A program made the translations under genes and the position numbers. A DNA stretch of 64,000 bases from Bacteroidales bacterium. GTDB lineage: Bacteria; Bacteroidota; Bacteroidia; Bacteroidales; PWNQ01. The stretch lies in assembly GCA_021738505.1 (NCBI GenBank), contig JAIPBW010000001.1, forward strand, positions 8,659 through 72,658, read 5' to 3'. Under the pieces are notes generated by a model. It had not been told where the DNA came from, did not search any database, and saw only the letters and a list, made by a program, of their open reading frames with translations. Of this stretch, positions 39,467-47,670 are shown piece by piece (position 1 is the stretch's first letter; every line of letters begins with the position of its first letter).

Positions 39467-39563
39467 AATGACTTAGAATATAGTAAAGCAAAATGACGCG
39501 CGAAGCGCAAATGACTACAAATGACATCCGTCGAAGACGGATAAATGACGCGAAGCAAATGAC
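39467..39563. repeat. Six irregularly spaced copies of AATGAC (reverse complement of GTCATT), interleaved with GCGAAGC words
   Basis: AATGAC at 39467, 39492, 39510, 39520, 39544 and 39558. AATGACGCG(CG)AAGC occurs twice. Confidence 0.85.
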
Positions 39564-39688
39564 AGTAAGAGACAAAAGCAAGAAAACATAACAATAACGT
39601 TATCAATATTTTGAAAAATTTAGACATATGAAACGAACATGATAGCCTTAAACACACAGATAAATGATTAAAGTTAGGCTATTGCATG

Positions 39689-39725
39689 TGAGTTCCATAA
39701 CACCTATTTAATAAAATTTAATCAT
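39689..39725 (+). promoter_or_regulatory. Truncated copy of the leader element found at 44588-44665 and 49414-49494
   Basis: TGAGTTCC-ATAACACC-T-ATTTAATAAAATTTAATCAT then ATG. The 23 nt ATTTAATAAAATTTAATCATATG are identical to the minus-strand sequence preceding and including the sdhB ATG. Relative to that copy, 21 nt (the 3' arms of both helices) are missing. Confidence 0.7.
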
Positions 39726-40334
39726 ATGAAAAAACAAGCTATAGAACTGGGACAAATTGGAATTTTATTGCCTTTGGCAGCTTTTATTCCTTTTTTGGGT
39801 ATTCCGGCATACCTGGCTTCAACTATTATGGTATTGATTTCTCATAACTTATTTGCCAAATATTACAAGCTACCGGCAATATTTAACCAGGCCTTAACCG
39901 GAGCGCTTATAACGATAATAGGAGCAGCTGTAGGTTTGATATTGATAATCGTTAGTGTCCTTCCTTTTATTTTTAATACCATCCAAACAGAAGGAATCCA
40001 AAATAACATGGATGATTTATTAACCCTGATTTTTGGGAGTGGAGTATTAATCGGAGCTATGGTGCTGATTCTTTTATCCACTATTCTGGGGTATTATTTT
40101 TGGTTCCAGTCATTAAAAATGCTAGCCCAAAAAACGGGGGTGGATTATTTCAGAATTGCCGGCTTACTCTATTTTATAGGAGCTCTGACGTCAGTGATCC
40201 TCATTGGCAGTTTGTTTATTATTGCAGCCTGGATTATTCACATAGTGGCTTATTTTAATATACCAACGGAAAAAATTCGTGCTGAATACGAAACTGTACC
40301 AGAGACAGGCCCTCAACAAGAAGAAAAGGTTTAA
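39726..40334 (+). CDS. Small polytopic membrane protein, family not recognised
   Basis: 202 aa with 4-5 hydrophobic helices and an acidic C-terminal tail (…ETVPETGPQQEEKV). Confidence 0.6.
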   Translation: MKKQAIELGQIGILLPLAAFIPFLGIPAYLASTIMVLISHNLFAKYYKLPAIFNQALTGALITIIGAAVGLILIIVSVLPFIFNTIQTEGIQNNMDDLLTLIFGSGVLIGAMVLILLSTILGYYFWFQSLKMLAQKTGVDYFRIAGLLYFIGALTSVILIGSLFIIAAWIIHIVAYFNIPTEKIRAEYETVPETGPQQEEKV

Positions 40335-40366
40335 GGAGAAAACTTGTTGACTGATATTGAAAACAG

Positions 40367-40876
40367 TTATTCTTCATAAATCCAGAAAATCTCAACCTGG
40401 AGTTCGCCAGAAGTTATTGTAGTAGATTCGGGTTGATCGTCAATAATGTTATCAATACGAAAACTTCCTGCGAGACCCATAAAGTCATCTTCAGTAACGG
40501 CATCTCTGTCAAAAACCTGCACATAAAACGGCATATTCCAGTCCTTGACTTCATAAGGGTTTACAAGAGACCATGATAGGGGCAAATCGCCCTGGCTTAC
40601 TTCACTATAATTGGCACTACGTTTATCGAGTAAAACCAGTGAATCGGGCAGATTTACAGCAGTATCTTTTGTAATTTTAATATAGACATCGGGTTTGGGG
40701 TCAAAAGCTGAATCCCAATCATCGCCATCTTCATTTTGAAAAGGAATATATGGAATATCAATCTTATCAATCATCACATGTTGAACTTCCGGCGTTGGGT
40801 CTATGTTGTCTTCCTCACATGAACCAATGGTAAAGAGGATAATTCCGATAAGGATTAGGCGAATAGCATTTTTCAT
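40367..40876 (-). CDS. Lipoprotein with C2-domain-like sequence pattern
   Basis: Lipobox LFTIGSC. PDVYIKITKD..., LPLSWSL..., FYVQVFDRDAVTEDDFMG and GELQVEIFWIY follow the strand/loop pattern of C2-type Ca/lipid-binding beta-sandwiches (pattern recognition only). Confidence 0.5.
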   Translation of the reverse strand: MKNAIRLILIGIILFTIGSCEEDNIDPTPEVQHVMIDKIDIPYIPFQNEDGDDWDSAFDPKPDVYIKITKDTAVNLPDSLVLLDKRSANYSEVSQGDLPLSWSLVNPYEVKDWNMPFYVQVFDRDAVTEDDFMGLAGSFRIDNIIDDQPESTTITSGELQVEIFWIYEE

Positions 40877-41069
40877 AAAAATATGACTAATTTATTTTTA
40901 TACAAAAGAAATAAATTTTTCTCAATGTTTTAGATAAATATTTATTTTTACTCAGGGATAACCAAAAGACAGGAAAATAATATTGCGGAATGAAAGATAC
41001 GACATTATGTATGCTGAATTGATGTCTGCAAAATCTGCAGTGCTTTTTAAACTAATGTTTACCTTTGCC

Positions 41070-41077
41070 TAAGTTTG
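41070..41077 (+). promoter_or_regulatory. Candidate -7 promoter box (TAAGTTTG)
   Basis: TAnnTTTG match 13 nt upstream of ATG 41091. Confidence 0.4.
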
Positions 41078-41090
41078 AAAAATATCATTT

Positions 41091-42386
41091 ATGAGTCAAA
41101 AATATTTAAATAGTCAGTTTTATAAGACAAACCGGGATCGGTTAAGGATGTTAATGGAAGATGATGCAATTGCTGTAGTGTTTTCCAATGATATGATGCC
41201 GCGAAATGGAGATCAATATTTTCCTTTCCGGCAAAACTCAGATCTGCTATACTTAACCGGCATAGATCAGGAAGAAACTGTTCTGTTGTTTTTTCCGGAT
41301 AGTCCGTTGGAGCAATTTCGAGAAGTTCTTTTCATTCGAAAAACCAATGAAAAAATTGCCACCTGGGAGGGGCATAAATATACTCAGGAAGAGGCCGCTA
41401 AGATTTCGGGAATAAAAAACGTTATGTGGCTCGAGTCATTTCAATCTGTCTTAAAACAGGCAAGTTCCCTAAGCAGTAAGTTTTATTTAAATAAGAATGA
41501 ACATCCGGGAGCACCTGAAAATGTCGAGTCGAAGCAACTTCGTGAAGGTAAGCGAATAAAAGAAAAATATCCTTTCCATCAGTATTATCGCCTCGCTCCT
41601 TTGATGAAGGAGCTGAGGCTTGTAAAACAGCAGGCTGAAATTAATACGATGCAACAAGCCTGCGATATTACAGCGGATGCGTTTAAACGGGTACTGAAGT
41701 TTGTAAAACCCGGATTGAAGGAATCACAGGTAGAAGCTGAAATAACTCATGAGTTTCTGCGATCCGGAGCCCAGGGACATGCTTATGCTCCGATTGTTGC
41801 ATCCGGAAAAAATGCGACGGTTTTGCACTACACTGCAAATAATCAGACCATAAATAATGGAGATCTTATATTATTTGACATCGGCTGTGAATACATGAAC
41901 TATGCAAGCGATATGTCACGGACGATCCCTGTCAATGGAAAGTTTTCTGCTCGTCAGAAGGAAGTATACAATGCAGTTTTACGCGTGTTTCAGCAGGCAA
42001 AAGAAATGATCAAACCGGGGACCAGCATAAATCAAATTAACAATAACGTAGAACAATTGCTAATGGAAGAACATATTAAGCTGGGATTGTATAGCAGGAA
42101 AGATATTCAGGATAACGAGAAAGCTAACGAATTGATCAAAACTTATTATCCTCATGGCACAAGCCATTTCATGGGATTGGATGTACACGATGTGGGAACA
42201 AAATACGAGCGGTTAGAAGCCGGAATGGTATTGAGTTGCGAGCCAGGGATCTATATCCGGGAAGAAAACATAGGTGTTCGGATCGAAAATGATATTTTGG
42301 TGACAATGGAAAAACCATTGGATCTAATGGCTGATGTGCCGATTACTGTGGACGAAATTGAAAATTTTATGAATGATGCTGGCTGA
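41091..42386 (+). CDS. Xaa-Pro aminopeptidase (M24B, aminopeptidase P family)
   Basis: N-terminal AMP_N-like domain. Metal ligands in DIGCEYMNYASDMSRT, HGTSHFMGLDVHD, EPGIY and RIENDILVT. Confidence 0.9.
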   Translation: MSQKYLNSQFYKTNRDRLRMLMEDDAIAVVFSNDMMPRNGDQYFPFRQNSDLLYLTGIDQEETVLLFFPDSPLEQFREVLFIRKTNEKIATWEGHKYTQEEAAKISGIKNVMWLESFQSVLKQASSLSSKFYLNKNEHPGAPENVESKQLREGKRIKEKYPFHQYYRLAPLMKELRLVKQQAEINTMQQACDITADAFKRVLKFVKPGLKESQVEAEITHEFLRSGAQGHAYAPIVASGKNATVLHYTANNQTINNGDLILFDIGCEYMNYASDMSRTIPVNGKFSARQKEVYNAVLRVFQQAKEMIKPGTSINQINNNVEQLLMEEHIKLGLYSRKDIQDNEKANELIKTYYPHGTSHFMGLDVHDVGTKYERLEAGMVLSCEPGIYIREENIGVRIENDILVTMEKPLDLMADVPITVDEIENFMNDAG

Positions 42387-42585
42387 GAAGGTCTTTTAAA
42401 GTAGTATGAAGCCTTCAGGTTTTCCTGAAGCAAACAGAAAGGTATTTAAAATATAGCTCCAGCCTCAAATAATATTATGGAATAAACGTATTGCCATAAG
42501 ACTAGAAATATAAATTTATTCTTATAAAAAATTTTAAGCTATATATAAAATTCTTTATATTCGCTAAAAATCTGTCAACAAAAAG

Positions 42586-43728
42586 ATGAGTAAATTACCA
42601 GGTATAAACCGCACAGAAAAGAGGTACAATTTGGCCAAGCAAATTACTTTTCGTTTGCTGTCCATTATTTTGTTTCTTTTTGCTATCATTACGATCCGTA
42701 ATTTTTTATATCCTATTGCTTTTGGATTTCTCCTGGCTTATTTAATTTATCCTGTGGCCAACTGGTTGGAAAAAAGAGGTGTTCCCCGAATTTTGGCCAA
42801 TCTTATTACGATTATTGGCGTGCTGGCTGTTCTGGCCAGTCTTTTTCTTATTGCTTATCAGCGAATAACACCTTTTACCGGAGATTTACCTAATCTTGTA
42901 GAAGAAGGCATTGCAAATTTTTCTCAGATGCTCGGAAATGCAAGTGAGTACTTTGGGTTTAACCCGGAAAATACACAGAGGTTCATAAAAAGGCAGGCAT
43001 CCAATCTTATAGAATCCGGAAGTCAATATCTGCAGGCGTTATTTGGTGCTACCACCAATACAATTGTTGCCATTGGTCTTATGCCTGTGTATATTTTTAT
43101 GTTTCTATACTACCGCACTAAATTCATGTATTTTTTATTGAAGCTTTTTGGTAGGCAAAACAGAAAGGAAGTAGTTGGCATCTTACGCGAAATATCTACC
43201 GTTATGGTTCGCTACATGGTCGGCGTGATTACAGTCGTTTTTGTATTGTGTATTATTAATTCGCTGGGAATTTATATCATTGGTTTAAAATATGCTATAC
43301 CACTGGGCGTGACCGCCGCCTTCTTTAATTTCATACCATATTTTGGTACTTTGCTGGGAGGCCTGGTGCCGTTTATGTTTGCTTTACTTGTAGAGGGTGA
43401 TATTGTGTTGACATTCAGGGTTGTTATTCTTTTTGTTATTATCCAGTTCCTGGAGAATAATATCTTAACCCCCAATATTGTAGGCGGAAATGTTAAAATT
43501 AATCCATTCTTTATTATTACAGGATTGGTTGCGGCAAGTATGGTTTGGGGCATTCCCGGAATGTTACTGATTACTCCATTTTTGGCTATTCTGAGAATCA
43601 TTTTTTCACATATTGAATATATGAAACCCTATGCTTTTCTTTTAGGGGAAGAAGGAACCAGCAGACATACGTTGAACATTAGCAATATTAAAAACTTTTG
43701 GAAAAAGCGTATAAGAAGTAAATTCTAA
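42586..43728 (+). CDS. AI-2E family (PerM/UPF0118) transporter, second paralogue in the window
   Basis: 380 aa, polytopic, with ...NFIPYFGTLLGG... and a C-terminal conserved region as in AI-2E permeases. Confidence 0.85.
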   Translation: MSKLPGINRTEKRYNLAKQITFRLLSIILFLFAIITIRNFLYPIAFGFLLAYLIYPVANWLEKRGVPRILANLITIIGVLAVLASLFLIAYQRITPFTGDLPNLVEEGIANFSQMLGNASEYFGFNPENTQRFIKRQASNLIESGSQYLQALFGATTNTIVAIGLMPVYIFMFLYYRTKFMYFLLKLFGRQNRKEVVGILREISTVMVRYMVGVITVVFVLCIINSLGIYIIGLKYAIPLGVTAAFFNFIPYFGTLLGGLVPFMFALLVEGDIVLTFRVVILFVIIQFLENNILTPNIVGGNVKINPFFIITGLVAASMVWGIPGMLLITPFLAILRIIFSHIEYMKPYAFLLGEEGTSRHTLNISNIKNFWKKRIRSKF

Positions 43729-43781
43729 AGACCTTCTGCTTTAGAATGGAAACCTTTGTTTTAGAGGAATATTTTGTAAAC

Positions 43782-43815
43782 TGGCATTCATGTCGATTTT
43801 GCGGCATGAATGCCA
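43782..43815. terminator. Hairpin between convergent genes (possible bidirectional terminator)
   Basis: TGGCATTCATG-(12-nt loop)-CATGAATGCCA is a perfect 11-bp stem, with no clear U-tract on either strand. Confidence 0.35.
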
Positions 43816-43825
43816 TATTGAAGGG

Positions 43826-44587
43826 TTATCTTTTTTCCGCAGCCAGGTTGTGGAAGCCTGCTTTTAGGAATTCACGGTTTAGACGTGCAATATGAGCCAG
43901 GCTTATTCCTTTTGGACATTCTGCTTCACAGGATCCGGTATTTGTACAAGAGCCAAAACCTAACTCGTCCATCTTAGATACCATATTCCATGCCCGTGTA
44001 AGGCCTTCTTTTTTACCTTGAGGTAATAAGGCATATTGGGATACTTTAGCTGCAACAAATAACATAGCCGATGAATTCTTGCATGCTGCAACGCATGCTC
44101 CACAGCCAATACATTCGGCGGCATCAAAAGACTCTTCTGCAATATCTTTGCCTACCGGATAGGTGTTTGCATCGGGAACTGCACTCACGTCTACATCCAC
44201 AAAACCTCCGGCTTCCATAATTTTTTCAAATGCACTGCGATCAACTACCAAATCTTTGATTACCGGAAAAGATTGGGCGCGCCAGGGTTCTACCACGATA
44301 ACGTCATTTTCTTTAAACGCTTTCATGTTCAGCTGACAACTTGTAACCTCTTGCTCCGGTCCATGAGGTCTGCCATTGATCATCATAGCACAGCTACCGC
44401 AAATGCCTTCACGACAATCATGTTCAAAAGCTATCGGATCTTTGTCTTCGTGGATAAGTTGTTCGTTTAGAGCATCTAGCATTTCCAGAAATGTCATATC
44501 CTGCGATGCTGCACTGAGTTGATAAGTTTCAAATCGCCCCTGATCATGAGGGTTATTTTGACGCCAGACTTTTATAGTAAGGTCCAT
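43826..44587 (-). CDS. sdhB: Succinate dehydrogenase / fumarate reductase iron-sulfur subunit
   Basis: 2Fe-2S CREGICGSCAM, 4Fe-4S CIGCGACVAAC, 3Fe-4S CTNTGSCEAECP. Confidence 0.95.
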   Translation of the reverse strand: MDLTIKVWRQNNPHDQGRFETYQLSAASQDMTFLEMLDALNEQLIHEDKDPIAFEHDCREGICGSCAMMINGRPHGPEQEVTSCQLNMKAFKENDVIVVEPWRAQSFPVIKDLVVDRSAFEKIMEAGGFVDVDVSAVPDANTYPVGKDIAEESFDAAECIGCGACVAACKNSSAMLFVAAKVSQYALLPQGKKEGLTRAWNMVSKMDELGFGSCTNTGSCEAECPKGISLAHIARLNREFLKAGFHNLAAEKR

Positions 44588-44665
44588 ATGATTAAATTTT
44601 ATTAAATCGTTGTTATGTTTATCCCGTCGTATTAGGGGGAACTTACCCCAATTTCATCGGGACTC
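44588..44665 (-). promoter_or_regulatory. Structured leader element (copy B) in the sdhA-sdhB spacer
   Basis: Minus strand: GAG TCCCG ATGAAAT TGGGG TAAGTTCC CCCTA ATACGA CGGGA, then 34 nt, then the sdhB ATG. Two nested 5-bp helices. About 78 percent identical to 49414-49465, with compensatory changes. Confidence 0.6.
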
Positions 44666-44715
44666 GTATCAATTGATTAATTTCTTACGTATGATTTAGC
44701 CATTCCGGTTAGGAA

Positions 44716-46635
44716 TTATTTATAACTTCTTTGTTGCACTTTTACATGATCATATTTTAATTCTTCTATGTGTAATTCCGGTTCCTGGTTGTCTCCTTTA
44801 TATTCCCAGGCCGAGACATACATATATTTGTCATCATTACGCAAAGCTTCTCCGTCTTCTGTTTGATGTTCGGTACGGAAGTGAGCTCCGCAGGATTCAT
44901 TTCTGTTCAAAGCATCTCGGAGCATCAAGCGGGAAATCTCAAATGAAGCAGCTACCCTTAAGGCTCGCTCCAATGGTTGATTCATGCTATCAGTGGTTCC
45001 GGTAAGTTTTAAGTCTTTATAAAACTGTTCTTCCAATTCGGTTACCATCTCAAGGCCTTTTTTCAATCCTTCTTCATTACGCTCCATACCACCGTAATTC
45101 CACATAATTTTGCCAAGCTTTTTATGAAAGTCTAAGGCAGTGGTATTTCCATTAATGTTCATTAGCCTGTTGATGCGTTCAATCGCTTCTTTTTCTGCTT
45201 CTTCAAACTCTTTAGCATCTGTTGAAGGTTTAGGATTTTTTATTTCGCCAGACAGATAATCTCCAATTGTATAGGGAAGAATAAAATAACCGTCGCCACT
45301 ACCTTGCATCAGAGAGCTTGCTCCTAAGCGATTTGCTCCGTGGTCAGAAAAGTTGGCCTCACCAATGGCATATAAGCCGGGGATAGTAGTCATCAAATTG
45401 TAATCAACCCATAAGCCACCCATAGTATAGTGACCGGCAGGATAGATTTTCATAGGTTGTTTATAAGGGTCTTCTCCTGTAATTTTTTTATATAAGTCAA
45501 AGAGGCTGCCATATTTGGAGTGGATTGTTTTTTTACCTTGCTCCTTGATGGCATCTTTAAAATCAAGGTAGACCGCATATCCGGTTTCCCCGACGCCATA
45601 ACCGGCATCACATCGCTCTTTTGCAGCCCTTGCACCAATATCCCGTGGAACAAGATTCCCAAAGGCAGGATATCGTCGTTCAAGGTAATAATCTCTTTCT
45701 TCTTCGGGAATGTCCGTGGGTTTCCGGTTATCATCTTTGGATTTTGGCACCCATACCCGTCCGTCATTTCTTAATGACTCGGACATTAATGTGAGCTTGG
45801 ACTGATATTCATTGAGCTGTGGGATGCATGAGGGATGAATTTGTATAAAGCTGGGGTTTGCAAAAAATGCTCCTTTCTTGTAGGCTGCATAAGCCGCAGC
45901 ACCACTGGAGTTAACAGCAAGAGTGGAAAGAAAATAGATTGTTCCGTAACCGCCTGTTGCCAGAACCACTGCGTGTGCGGAATAACGTTCCATTTCACCG
46001 GTTACCAGATTACGGCATACAATCCCGCGTGCTTTCCCGTCTTTTACTACAAGTTCAAGCATTTGGCGGCGCTCATACATTGTAACGGTTCCTTTTGATA
46101 TCTGACGTTTCAAAGCCGAATAGGAGCCTAAAAGAACTTGCTGGCCTGTTTGTCCGGAGGCATAAAAGGTACGTGACACCTGAACGCCTCCAAAAGATCG
46201 TGTTGCCAAAGTGCCCCCATATTCACGGGCAAATGGAACACCCTGAGCGGTCAACTGATCGATGATGTTATTGCTGACCTCTGCTGCCCGGTAAACATTT
46301 GCTTCGCGTGCGCGGAAATCACCGCCTTTGATCATATCATAAAACAAGCGGTAATCGGAATCGTTATCATTGCGGTAATTTTTGGCTGCATTTATACCTC
46401 CTTGTGCCGCTACGGAGTGTGCGCGTCTTGGTGAATCCTGATAGCAAAATACTTTTACATTATATCCCATCTGACCGAGACTGGCAGCTGCAGCAGCTCC
46501 GGCTACACCTGTGCCTACCATGATGATATCCATCTTCTTTTTGTTGGCAGGGCTGACTAATTTAAGCGAGTTTTTATGATTTTTCCACTTTTCTGATAGT
46601 GGACCTTCTGGTATTTTTGAATTTAAAGCAGTCAT
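44716..46635 (-). CDS. sdhA: Succinate dehydrogenase / fumarate reductase flavoprotein subunit
   Basis: [17 protein letters not shown] fold, covalent-FAD His region ([14 protein letters not shown]) and HYTMGG motif. 639 aa. Confidence 0.95.
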   Translation of the reverse strand: MTALNSKIPEGPLSEKWKNHKNSLKLVSPANKKKMDIIMVGTGVAGAAAAASLGQMGYNVKVFCYQDSPRRAHSVAAQGGINAAKNYRNDNDSDYRLFYDMIKGGDFRAREANVYRAAEVSNNIIDQLTAQGVPFAREYGGTLATRSFGGVQVSRTFYASGQTGQQVLLGSYSALKRQISKGTVTMYERRQMLELVVKDGKARGIVCRNLVTGEMERYSAHAVVLATGGYGTIYFLSTLAVNSSGAAAYAAYKKGAFFANPSFIQIHPSCIPQLNEYQSKLTLMSESLRNDGRVWVPKSKDDNRKPTDIPEEERDYYLERRYPAFGNLVPRDIGARAAKERCDAGYGVGETGYAVYLDFKDAIKEQGKKTIHSKYGSLFDLYKKITGEDPYKQPMKIYPAGHYTMGGLWVDYNLMTTIPGLYAIGEANFSDHGANRLGASSLMQGSGDGYFILPYTIGDYLSGEIKNPKPSTDAKEFEEAEKEAIERINRLMNINGNTTALDFHKKLGKIMWNYGGMERNEEGLKKGLEMVTELEEQFYKDLKLTGTTDSMNQPLERALRVAASFEISRLMLRDALNRNESCGAHFRTEHQTEDGEALRNDDKYMYVSAWEYKGDNQEPELHIEELKYDHVKVQQRSYK

Positions 46636-46654
46636 ACATTGTATTTTTATAGGA

Positions 46655-47362
46655 TTACACCATCGATTGAATCATTATATAAAGCGGAATAAACGCAAAG
46701 CCTCCGGCAAAAATCACGGAAATAATTATGCCGATCACATTCCAAATGGTACGCCATTTACGGTTACTCCATCCTAAGGTTTGGAAAGCCGACCATACAC
46801 CATGGTGAAGATGCAGGCCTAAAGCAATGGCACCAACAACATATATTGCAACAAGCCATTTCCATTCTATGAACTTTGTTGTTACCAGGGCATACGCATT
46901 TTCAATATCACCTCCTAAGCCGGTAGCCTCTTCCAATAGCGGGTCTCCACTTACTTTCATTTTCCAGAAGAAATTGATCAGGTGGATGACCAGAAAGATT
47001 AGAATGACAGCTCCGAGAATATACATGTTTCTTGATGTCCATGTACTGCCTACAGAGGAATCCTTTTGTTTGTAGCGCTTTAAGCCGGAATAGGTAATGG
47101 TACGTTTTGCCTGGTTTTGGTAGGTAATGATTGAAGCAAAAACAAAGTGAGCAATTAAACCAATAGCTAAAACAGGCTCTATAATTCCGATTATAGGATC
47201 TGTAGCCATAAAATGGGCAGCCTGGTTAAATAATACTCCTGTATCATCGAAGACGATCATGGAGTTTACTGTAAGGTGTACGATCAAAAAGAGTATTAAG
47301 AAAAGTCCTGTGATACTCATGATGAATTTTTTCCCGATGGAGGATGAAAAAAAGCTATTCAT
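46655..47362 (-). CDS. sdhC: Succinate dehydrogenase / fumarate reductase cytochrome b subunit (b558-type, 5 TM)
   Basis: 235 aa, five hydrophobic helices with conserved His residues. Immediately upstream of sdhA in the same operon. Confidence 0.85.
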   Translation of the reverse strand: MNSFFSSSIGKKFIMSITGLFLILFLIVHLTVNSMIVFDDTGVLFNQAAHFMATDPIIGIIEPVLAIGLIAHFVFASIITYQNQAKRTITYSGLKRYKQKDSSVGSTWTSRNMYILGAVILIFLVIHLINFFWKMKVSGDPLLEEATGLGGDIENAYALVTTKFIEWKWLVAIYVVGAIALGLHLHHGVWSAFQTLGWSNRKWRTIWNVIGIIISVIFAGGFAFIPLYIMIQSMV

Positions 47363-47423
47363 ATTGCTGAATGGTTAAAAATTAAATCTTTATTTTTATT
47401 TGTATTTCAAAATTTCTTTTCAA

Positions 47424-47431
47424 CAAATTTA
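47424..47431 (-). promoter_or_regulatory. Candidate -7 promoter box (TAAATTTG) for sdhCAB
   Basis: TAnnTTTG match on the minus strand, 61 nt upstream of ATG 47362. Confidence 0.35.
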
Positions 47432-47636
47432 TAAAAAAACTTATCATAATTTTAATAAAACCGCAACAATAATACAATATTATTGCTCAATATGAATTAG
47501 CATCCTTAGTTTTTCTTTGTTTATCTTGCTTTTAGATGTTATTTAAAATTATTATAGAATTGAAAACCATCTTTGTTAATCACGTTAAAGGTTAATTTTC
47601 TTCTGTGTTCGGCCATAAAAATTCAAAACATTTCAT

Positions 47637-47644
47637 TACATTTG
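47637..47644 (+). promoter_or_regulatory. Candidate -7 promoter box (TACATTTG)
   Basis: TAnnTTTG match 26 nt upstream of ATG 47671. Confidence 0.4.
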
Positions 47645-47670
47645 TGGCAAAGCATTAAAAAGAAATTATT

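Noticed and set aside
39353-39563. Possible CRISPR array
   Set aside because: The repeat words are only 6 nt at a 10-bp period, with no unique spacers of 25-40 nt, and there are no cas genes anywhere in the window.
39397-39657. 86-codon minus-strand ORF inside the repeat island
   Set aside because: Its sequence is dictated by the AATGAC/GCGAAGC word repeats, which give a low-complexity Leu/Ser/Cys/Phe-rich product. It has no recognisable motif and no promoter box. I treat it as a by-product of the repeats, not a gene.
38831-39725. Housekeeping RNA (tmRNA, RNase P RNA, SRP RNA, 6S RNA) or tRNA hidden in the long spacer
   Set aside because: I could not find the hallmark strings (GAGGAAAGTCC-type P4 of RNase P, a tmRNA tag reading frame with a CCA-proximal acceptor, the SRP GGAA/AGCA helix 8 motif, or a tRNA T-loop GGTTCRANYC) on either strand. 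This was a by-eye search, so a covariance-model scan is still advisable.
44638-44668. ECF-sigma-type promoter (GGAAC … CGTA) on the plus strand within leader element copy B
   Set aside because: The spacer between GGAAC and CGTA is 22 nt (ECF promoters need about 16-17). The CGTA is not present in copy A, and the putative transcript would run antisense into sdhA.
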